Below, one piece after another: positions 41,795 to 50,700 of a DNA stretch of 64,000 nucleotides (the stretch's first letter is position 1; every line of letters begins with the position of its first letter). Made by a program: the position numbers and the translations under genes. Below the pieces are notes generated by a model, which saw only the letters and a program-made list of their open reading frames with translations, had not been told where the DNA came from and made no database searches. This stretch comes from Takakia lepidozioides (lineage: Eukaryota; Plantae; Bryophyta). The stretch spans positions 15,624,001 to 15,688,000 of the forward strand of contig CM060731.1 of the NCBI GenBank assembly GCA_030704615.1, given 5' to 3'.

Positions 41795-43241
41795 TCAAAC
41801 CAGGCTGTGACGTTTCACAAAACAGGTCCCCAAACAGATGCTAACATCTCCACACAAGGCACAAAAAAACCTTTGTCGGGCACCACACTCGACACACTTC
41901 CTTCTCCTAGCACTTTTTTGAGAGAAGTGAAGTGCTCCCGGGTCTGGAACAGAAGCCCCTTCCAAGACAGTTCTCATGGGAGCAACCCACCCGACAATCA
42001 ACCCATTGGCCACTTGAATGTTGAAGAGCATATGAGACCGCGGCTTCCTGTCCTTCTCTTTCATCCAAGCCAGATACAACAAATAAGAATTCACCAGCGA
42101 TGTGTCAATGCTATGAAAGAACAAGCGGTGCGACCACTTGTGATCACGCGTTTGCACGCTGTAGTAGCCCCTCAATTGATCCTGCACATCAACCCCCCTC
42201 ATGTGTTCTTGATAGTGCTTCACAATGGGGGAAGTGGGGACCATGCGGCGAGCACCGTTGTGCCACCGCTCAATGAAGCAATGTGCCCCCACAGGGCTGC
42301 AAGCAGTGCTCAACAATATGACTGGCTTGTTGTCAAACCAAGACAGTGCCACCAATTTGTTAGATCTATGCATGCGGTACTGCATAGTGCCTCTCTCTCC
42401 TCTCTTTCCAAAATCAAGACATGAAGGGAATCCCACCCGAGTTGTCTTCACAGTACCAGTAGCATAGATATTTTGGACAGCCAAGTCATAGAAAAGAATA
42501 GGACTAGTAAAGAAATTATCCATGGTCACTATGTGCCCTTTCCCCTCAAAACCAGCCAGCAATCTGGTTACAACAGAATATCCCTGCCCGTGTGTCAAAT
42601 CAATTGCATCATCACGGCCAAGGTACACCTCCATCTTGTGAACATATCGGCTTTTGGCACCAGCCAAGCACCACCACTTTATACCCCATTTCACTGGTTT
42701 TTTTGCTCATATACTGCTGCAGGTTAGAGTACTTACCTTTGTACTTCACCATCATCTCATCCACACACAGGTTTTGATCGGGTTGCCAGTAGCGAGCATA
42801 CAAGTCATTTTGCTGGTCTAACAACCAACGGGTCTTTGCGATTTTATCATAAGCAGGGGCTGATTTATCCACCTCCACTAACCGGTTGTCCACTAGGTGC
42901 AAACACCTCAAAATTGCTTCCCATCTATTGCGACTCATGATGCGCATAATGGAAGGACACTTGAAGAACTCATTGTTACCTTTCCAGTAACATCTTGTGT
43001 TGGGCAATCTCTTGATTCCCATGAGAATATGAACTCCCAACCACGCCTTCAATTCCACAACACTCACAGGATACCACCACTCTCCCCCCTTCATTTGTCC
43101 CCTTCTATATAAGGTCTGGACATACAGGTTTGTCATTCTGCAGATTTTCCGCATCACAGGTGCCGGCCAGAACAAATTGAAAAAATCTACAGGGAGAGCA
43201 CTATCATCCAAAGGCACCTTATGACCCGTCTCCCCCCCCAC
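41795..43241 (-). pseudogene. piggyBac DDD transposase (PGBD-like), one-base frameshift in the A7 run at 42698-42704
   Basis: FFNLFW, ELKAWLG, IMSRNRWEAILRCLHL, LCVDEMMVKYKG (D1), K(P)VKWGIK, VTMDNFFTSP (D2), MRGVDVQDQL (D3), C-terminal Cys-rich CVEC..CALC..CLGTCF..H. Confidence 0.9.
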
Positions 43242-43679
43242 TCCACGTTACCTGAGGCAGCTCTGTGCACTGTGAATTCCACATGTCATCTGCCAATTTA
43301 TCTTTCGGTGGCCATTCATGCCAAGATTCAGCCAATCATAAAGCCTGAGCTCATGGGCCGCATTTCCAGTGTCCACACAGTAATCCCACAAAGTCTGGAT
43401 CCTGACCAGCATCTGGATTACCTCTCTCTTCCTCTACCGGATCATAGTCAGAGTCCGAGTCACATTCTGTCTCAGATTCAGACCCTACCGTGTTCTCAAC
43501 AACATCATCCAAACCAAGCATGGCACTTACTGTAACTGGCATAGGCTCGTCAAGGTCCACAGGAAGGCAAACATGAGAGGGCACGGTATGCACCCCAAGC
43601 CCAGCAAAGAAGGAGACAACATATGTATCAGACGCACTCACAATATCCCACGACTTGTCCACGACAGTACCATAACCAA

Positions 43680-43851
43680 TGTCGTGCGCATACATATCGC
43701 TACACAACTACATCGCTGTCCAAAACCACACAACACATGTGCACACCACACACTAGTATACCACTAGTCTACCACTAGTCCAGCCACTAGGCTACAACTA
43801 GTCAGTCACTAGGCTGCCACTACGCTGCCCACTATGGCAGTCACTAGTCCA
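43680..43851. repeat. Terminal repeat B2 (direct copy of B1)
   Basis: tgtcgtgcgcatacatatcgc...gtcactagtcca; matches 44185-44368 except for one 12-bp ccactagtccaa unit. Confidence 0.95.
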
Positions 43852-43855
43852 TTAA

Positions 43856-44182
43856 TGATAAAGAAGAAGAATACAAGCACAAGCTCATGCGAGCTCACAA
43901 AGCTGAAGCATAAACTCATGCATATATAACCTCATCACTCAAATACAAGTCAAGCCAAGTGCACCCCACGCCATGGGGAATCCACACTACGGCGCCATAG
44001 CTAGGCGCGGTGAGGCTCAACTCGAGAAAGATGAGCCTCCCGCGCTTGCCGTGAAGATAACCACTCCAGGGCCTAAATCTGCCTTGACCCCTGGATTGAC
44101 ACTTGGGCCAATCCCAAATGTCAATATGTAAAAGCTAGCTATTTCCTAGCTAGTTTCACACTAGTGGTAAAATAACTTGACA
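43856..44182. repeat. Terminal repeat A2 (327 bp)
   Basis: tgataaagaagaag...aataacttgaca; identical by eye to 54936-55262. Confidence 0.95.
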
Positions 44183-44184
44183 GC

Positions 44185-44368
44185 TGTCGTGCGCATACAT
44201 ATCGCTACACAACTACATCGCTGTCCAAAACCACACAACACATGTGCACACCACACACTAGTATACCACTAGTCTACCACTAGTCCAGCCACTAGTCCAA
44301 CCACTAGGCTACAACTAGTCAGTCACTAGGCTGCCACTACGCTGCCCACTATGGCAGTCACTAGTCCA
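44185..44368. repeat. Terminal repeat B1
   Basis: Direct copy of 43680-43851; separated from A2 only by the dinucleotide gc (44183-44184). Confidence 0.95.
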
Positions 44369-44372
44369 CACA

Positions 44373-44384
44373 ATCGCCCCCCTA
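44373..44384 (-). other. Polypurine-tract candidate
   Basis: Element strand reads TAGGGGGGCGAT immediately before TGTG-TGGACTAG, the start of B1. Confidence 0.6.
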
Positions 44385-44632
44385 GCTGGTGCTTAGGTCC
44401 CTCTAAGTCCAGGTAGCCACAAGATGTGATAGTGACCATAGCCTCACTAAGTCCTCCACCACTATCCCTACTACACTCAAACTCGATAGATCAAGAGGCC
44501 GGGTGCAAGAGTTGCCCCATCGTTAGTCGCCGTCTTGCAACCTGTGAACTTGAGCTTGGGATCTCATGTATTGACTCCTATGAGCTTGGCCTCCCATGTC
44601 TTGTTAGCTGCCTCCAGTCATGTCCACTGCCA

Positions 44633-47600
44633 CTATCCCAAGCAGTGTGGACACAACCAATCTCCGTCAGGAACCTTCTCAAGAGGTGGTGTCAAGCATC
44701 CCATATGCCAACCCCTTGAGCATCGATCACACACCAGCATGGTGGCTGCCCCTTTGGCAGACCCACAGAGCATGCACCTCAAACCTGCAGGTACCACTGC
44801 CAAGTTTGGGTCAACTCTGCCATCGACATTGGGAAGGTGACATGGCGCACAATTACGCACATGGTCCTTCCAAGTCATGCCATCCCGACCCTCCAAGATC
44901 AGGACCCCTGAGGGCAACACCTCTCGAACCCTCAGAATAACACGCCCTGCAGTAACATCCAGAGTCGTAGGAGCAGTCTGCTGCAAATAAACATAGTCAC
45001 CAGGGCTAAACCTCCGAACCCCAGGACGATATCCTCCACCACGTATAGTGGCATACCTCAACGTATCACGGTGCTGTGCAATGGCAAGGTTCTCAAAAGC
45101 CATGGGCATGACTTTCTTGAACAACTCTGCACGCTGATCACATGCACGTACCCACACGTCCGGATCGTCAAGGTTAAGGACTTGAGCAGTGTCCCTACGA
45201 ATGGCTGCAGGCAAATCCGGCTCTCGGCCAAAGAGAAGGAAATATGGTGAGAAGGAGGCAAGTGATGCTTGTTTGCTGAACCTGTAGCCCATGGCTAACC
45301 AAGGAACCTGAAGATCCCAATCTCCTAGGTGTCCCTTCTGCAAGCCATACTTGCGCAAACCCCTCTTCACCGTCTGAACAACTCTCTCTGCTAAGCCATC
45401 GGCCTCAGGATGATCCCGAGAAGTGGTGCGGTGGTCTATCAAGGCTTTATCACACAAAGCCTGAAACTCCCCCAAGAACTCTCTCCCTTGGTCCGTGAGT
45501 ACCTCAGCTGGAGCACCAAATCGGCTAAGCACACGATCCAAGAATGCATACGCAGCCCCCTCACTAGCCTTGTCAGGCAATGGAACCAACTCAATCCACT
45601 TGGAGAAGTGCTCCACCATCACCAACACATATCTGTGGTGGCGCATAGTCAGTGGCAACGGTCCTGCGAAGTCAAGACTCCACCTGTAGCCCAATCCCAT
45701 GATAGGTAAAGGATGCAACTGTGGTGTAGGGGCGTTGAATGAAGCACGCACCCTGTCACACACCATGCACCTAGCCACAAACTGTTGCACCTCTGTATGC
45801 ATACCACGCCACCAATACTGCCCCTGCAGTAAACTGTGAGTGCGTCGCACTCCAAAATGCCCCAACTCCTCATGGGCATGCCGCACTAACCGTGCACGCT
45901 GTGTGGGGTGAGGCACAATCCTCACCCGACCATCCTCCCACACTCGAAGTAGGTGTATCCCCTCCCACTTGAACCTCTTGGCTCGTTGCAGGATCCGATC
46001 CCTCTCCCTGGCAGTCACAATGGCTGCCGTGTCTCCCGTGCGGAGGTAGTCCAACACAGCCGAATCCTCATGTATATCTCTGGCACCACCTAGCTCATCA
46101 CTAGCCTCAGGGTCCTCAGACACTCCGTCTACAGTCATCCCTGTTGTAGGTCCAATCTGACCTCCCGATGCCAAGATACACAAAAATGCAGATGCGTGCC
46201 ATCCCGGCACCATCTCCTCGTCCGTCTCACCATGCCACCGAGCTCCAGTGTCATCCTGCTGGCTCATGCATGGATTGCGACTCAATCCATCCGCATCCCG
46301 ATTGACCAAACCCGGTCGATGCACAACCTGAAAGTCATACTCCTGGAGTATAAGTGCCCACCGTGCAAGCTTCCCCGTAAGCTTGTCTGACTCCATCAAC
46401 CACTTGAGTGGCTGGTGATCCGTGACAAGGGTGAAAAGATTGCCGTATAGATAGCACCTGAAGTGTGCCACGGCCCACACTGCAGCTAAGCACTCTCCCT
46501 CATATGAGCTGTACTTAGCCTCTGCAGCGTTGTTCGAGCGGCTAGCGTAAGCCACTACGAACTCTCTTCCCTCATCATCCACCTGTGTGAGCACCGCTCC
46601 AAGCCCCAGCATGCTCCAATCCGTATGCAGCTGAAAGGGACGCCCCCTGATAGGTCGTCTCAAGATAGGCGCCGAGGTCAACCTCGCCTTGAGCTCTTGA
46701 AAAGCTCGTTCCTGCTCATCTTCCCACTGCCACTCCTGGTCCACCTTGGTCAGCTTGGTTAGAGCCTTTGCAATGGTACTAAATCCCTTGACAAACCGTC
46801 TATAATAGTTTGCCAACCCCATGAAAGCTCGAACTCGGCTCACATCCGTGGGGCGTGGAATTTGTGCAATGGCCTCTACCTTAGTCTGCTGTACCCCCAA
46901 TCCTCCAGGATATATCATGTGACCCAGATACTCAATCTGGTTGTGGAAAAACTTGCACTTCCCCGGATGCAACTTCAATCCGTGCGCTCTCAAGCGCTCC
47001 AATACCACCTGAAGGTGTCTCTCATGCTCCTCCATCGTAACACTAAAGATGATGATGTCATCTATGTAGCACCGAGCAAAGTCCACCCCTGCTAGAATCC
47101 TATCCATGACTCTCTGAAACTCTGCAGGAGCATTCTTAAGCCCAAATGGTAAGAACCGCCACTGATATAGGCAATCCTTGCCGTGCTCATTGATCCCCCA
47201 GAATGCCGTCTTCTGCTTGTCCGCCTCCTTGATTGGCAACTGGTGATATCCGGATCGTAAATCCAAAGTGCTAAAGGCCTTAGCATGCCCGATGGCATCA
47301 AAGATCTCCTCTGGTGTTGGCATGGCATACTTATCGGACTTGGTCTGACGATTTACAGGCCGGTAATCACCGCACATACGTCTCTCCGTCCAATTGCCAT
47401 AGACATCCTTCTTGGCTGGCATCACTGTGGCTGAAGCATACTCTCCACCAGAGAGCTCCACCAAACCTGCCTCCCAGAGATCTTGAGTCCTCATCTGAAT
47501 CAAAGACCTCTCCATGTCACTGTATCTATAGGGTCTCCGAAAGATTGGCGTGTCAGTGGCCAACTCAATACGGATCTCTTGACCCTTCAGTGCTCCCAAG

Positions 47601-47767
47601 TCCTTCAAACTGAAGGCAAAGCAATTCCTGTAAGCCCTCAGGAACCGCCGTATACGTCGTCTCTCTCCTCCGGTGACAATGGGTCCAATGTCAGGCTCCC
47701 AATTGTCCTCCGTAACTACAACCTTAAGTCCAGTGGGCTTAGAGGTAGAGGACGCGTCCCGTGGTTG
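44633..47767 (-). CDS. Pol: reverse transcriptase, RNase H, DDE integrase, C-terminal PHD finger; in frame with upstream ORF behind one TAG
   Basis: RMCGDYRPVN, LDLRSGYHQ, LPFGLKNAP, YIDDII (RT); LHTDWS, YSSYEGE, VTDHQPL (RH); H..GH..CMVC, WSLDFAGP, LTDQGREF, GLAER (INT); CMLC..CDRC..HMGC..CPHC (PHD, 44642-44779). Confidence 0.95.
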   Translation of the reverse strand, partial: QPRDASSTSKPTGLKVVVTEDNWEPDIGPIVTGGERRRIRRFLRAYRNCFAFSLKDLGALKGQEIRIELATDTPIFRRPYRYSDMERSLIQMRTQDLWEAGLVELSGGEYASATVMPAKKDVYGNWTERRMCGDYRPVNRQTKSDKYAMPTPEEIFDAIGHAKAFSTLDLRSGYHQLPIKEADKQKTAFWGINEHGKDCLYQWRFLPFGLKNAPAEFQRVMDRILAGVDFARCYIDDIIIFSVTMEEHERHLQVVLERLRAHGLKLHPGKCKFFHNQIEYLGHMIYPGGLGVQQTKVEAIAQIPRPTDVSRVRAFMGLANYYRRFVKGFSTIAKALTKLTKVDQEWQWEDEQERAFQELKARLTSAPILRRPIRGRPFQLHTDWSMLGLGAVLTQVDDEGREFVVAYASRSNNAAEAKYSSYEGECLAAVWAVAHFRCYLYGNLFTLVTDHQPLKWLMESDKLTGKLARWALILQEYDFQVVHRPGLVNRDADGLSRNPCMSQQDDTGARWHGETDEEMVPGWHASAFLCILASGGQIGPTTGMTVDGVSEDPEASDELGGARDIHEDSAVLDYLRTGDTAAIVTARERDRILQRAKRFKWEGIHLLRVWEDGRVRIVPHPTQRARLVRHAHEELGHFGVRRTHSLLQGQYWWRGMHTEVQQFVARCMVCDRVRASFNAPTPQLHPLPIMGLGYRWSLDFAGPLPLTMRHHRYVLVMVEHFSKWIELVPLPDKASEGAAYAFLDRVLSRFGAPAEVLTDQGREFLGEFQALCDKALIDHRTTSRDHPEADGLAERVVQTVKRGLRKYGLQKGHLGDWDLQVPWLAMGYRFSKQASLASFSPYFLLFGREPDLPAAIRRDTAQVLNLDDPDVWVRACDQRAELFKKVMPMAFENLAIAQHRDTLRYATIRGGGYRPGVRRFSPGDYVYLQQTAPTTLDVTAGRVILRVREVLPSGVLILEGRDGMTWKDHVRNCAPCHLPNVDGRVDPNLAVVPAGLRCMLCGSAKGAATMLVCDRCSRGWHMGCLTPPLEKVPDGDWLCPHCLG

Positions 47768-50700
47768 CTATGCTGCAACCTCTTGAGCAGTACTCCCTAC
47801 CTGCTCAGTCAATGACAAGGCATCATCCTGCCCCATCATCTCATCCTTGAGGACCTCCTCAACTCGAGAAGAATCCCCAACCTCATCCATCACAGCCGCC
47901 TTGGCTGCCAACTCCCTCTGAACCTCGAGCACCTCCCACGTGTGCCATGGATGCATGCACCCCGTGGTCCTCATATGCTCGCCCCCACTCACTGCCTGTA
48001 CCGTCTCGGTAGGCAGAGAGACCATTGAGGGAAGTGTATTCCGCACTCTGCGTTGCTCAGCTAGAGCCAAGCTGATAATCCAGGTCAAGCAATTGAGATC
48101 CATTGCTTGCCCCAACACTTGACGACGTGATGCCTCAGAAAGAGACGACACCGCCGTGGTACCAGTGGTAAAACCCATTGCCCGCTCACGCTCGTCAGCA
48201 TTAGGCTCCACTAACTGCTGCAACTGAGCATCCCACAGGAGGCCAGGTCCACTATCCCGGAAAGCATGCGATCCTGGGAAGCTGAGCAGTGTAGGTAATG
48301 CTGCTCGTGGTTGACCCACCTTGTTGACCACTGCCAAAGGCGAACGGTCATCGTGTCTCACACGTTGAGACTGCCTCCCTGTGTCCAGAATGTTATCCAC
48401 TGTGAGATGTGCTGGCCGCTGCACCCCATCAAATGCACGCTTGAGCAGTGCGGGTGGCATCATGTTAGTCCACCATAGCCGTGGACGATGAGCCCGTGAC
48501 CCCACTGTAGCTGCATCTAGCAACACTGCTGACCCAAGCCACGACCGGACTTGATGCACACTGGCCATCACCCTGGCCCGAGAATCGCCCATCAGTGGCA
48601 CATTCTCCAAGATGTATGCTGGAGATACAGCTTGATGAAGCTGCAAGTGGCGCAAAACCCGCACCATCTCCCAAAACAGACCCGACCTCGAGTCTCGCAA
48701 TCCATTGCCATGCCCGGCTGATGAATGCCCTTGGCAGGGCCAACCTGCCACTACCAGATCAATGGAGCCAACCCGCTCCAAATCCTGCGCCCCCAGCAAC
48801 GAAATGTCTGCTGGCAAGGCCTGCTGATATCCACGAATTGCAGACACCGACAACAACTCAGGGTACCGCTGCACCAACTGAGCAACATGGCGAAGTGAAA
48901 CGCGTCGTGCAGTCTCATCCCTCTCCACATACAGGTAACGCCGAACTCGTACACCTGCCTGTAACACAGCAGCCAATCCGGTGCTGATCCCGCCAAACAA
49001 GTCCAGAAGACAAATGCCTTCATCCGGAGACTGCCACACAATAGGTGTGGTGTCCAATGGAGACAATTGAGGTGGTCCTGGTGCAATCCCCACACTCTCC
49101 TCCTCTCCTGACGGTACAAAAGCCTCCACCCAGGCTTGTTGCACCCGTCGATCAGCATCCCGCTGCAAATCCTTGCTCGTGCCCCACAATGGAGTCTGAG
49201 CAACCATGGTAGGCAACTCCGCCATACCATACATGTCATCCTGCTCTCCCGGAGGTGGTACATCCTCTGAATGAGCATTGCCCTCAAGCAACTCTCTAGG
49301 CCAACTCACTGCCGCTGTGAATGCTGCTAGTGTCGGCATCTTGCCTCGCTGGGCAACCGCAACTCCTCCTATGAACGTCACAGGGAGCTGCACACGCCGG
49401 CCCTCCCCTGACTGCCATGCAGGCCTATAGGAAGCTGACTCCTCCCAAAAATCCAGGGTGAAGCCCATGGGGTACAACACTGCCCCACCAACCAGGACAT
49501 CGTATGAGACTGCGTCTGTCACAATGGCCTTGGCTCGCATCACTGAGCCATCTGTAGGGTGATCCGGCCGTAGTCTGATAGCCAACTCATGCCGTGTCAT
49601 GCCCCGAGCCTGCTCCGATCCTCCCAGAGACGTCTGTATCTGGAAAGGACAAGGCTCCATATCCGCCTCCGTGAGGCCCAAGCCTGCAATAGCAGCTCTG
49701 CCCAGCATCAGTGGCTGAGCTCCCGAGTCCAACAAGACTCGCAGTGGCCGGTACCTCTTGCCTGCCGGTCCACTCAAACAGAAAATGCCATCCTGGTTGT
49801 CTAACATGACAACTCCAGGTGTCACCATGGCGCGCTCAATGGCTGGCCTAGCTGGCAGCTCCATCAACCTGGCAGCTGCAGCTTGCCATGGCGCCGCCGT
49901 GGCAGTCTTGACCCTCAAATCCGAGGATCCCTCCGGCACTACACCTCCCACTATCTCCGCAGAAGATGAAGTAACCTCCCCACTCTCACAGAGTGTAGCT
50001 GCCAGCCTGAACACCTCAGCTGGTCTTACCCCCGGCGTCGCAATCATGGTAGCCGAGAACAATGGAGCCTGGCACACAGATGTGGCCGCTCCTAGCAGCA
50101 CACTAGCTGCCGTAGCCTTGGCAACACTAGGTAGTGGTGCTACCCGTGTAGCTCTCCCCAATGGCATAGTAACCTCCGCCTCGGTAACAGTCGGGCGAGA
50201 ACTAGGTGCCATGGATGGCGTCGACACTGTCTCCGCCAATGTGAATGACTGAGGAAGCCTAGCCTGACGGCTTGCCTCCCCACGCTGTGGATCCAACTCC
50301 ACCTCTGCACCTCGTGGCTCAGGAACTCGTGCTGCTCCTCGAGTCACGGCTGCAGCAGACTCCACCTGCACTAGTGGTAGTGCTGCTCCACACATGAATC
50401 CCATGCCTCCCATATCTCCTCCCTCAGGAGCAGGAGGTGGACCATCCGGCCTTAGAGCCGGTACCACCTGAGCTGTAGCCATGGCAGCGAGCCTCTGCTC
50501 TAGCTGCTGAAGCCGGTTGGCCATGCCTTGGTCAACACCCTGACCTCCGCGTCCTTGGCCACGTTGAGCTTGCCCTTGGCCTGCACCTCGTGGCTGGCCA
50601 CCTCGTCCCCTCTGGGCTGCTCCACCTCGCCCCCGGCCACCATTGTTCCCTTGGAACTGGCCTGGGCGCAACTCAGGATGCAAACCATAACACTGGCCTC

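Noticed and set aside
43852-43855. TTAA as a piggyBac target site or footprint
   Set aside because: It lies inside the retroelement's repeats with no CCC/GGG piggyBac ends adjacent.
48060-49020. DNMT as a host DRM gene or a bacterial restriction-modification contaminant
   Set aside because: It is fused in frame to Gag and protease, intronless, unpermuted and inside a TSD-bounded element flanked by plant sequence.
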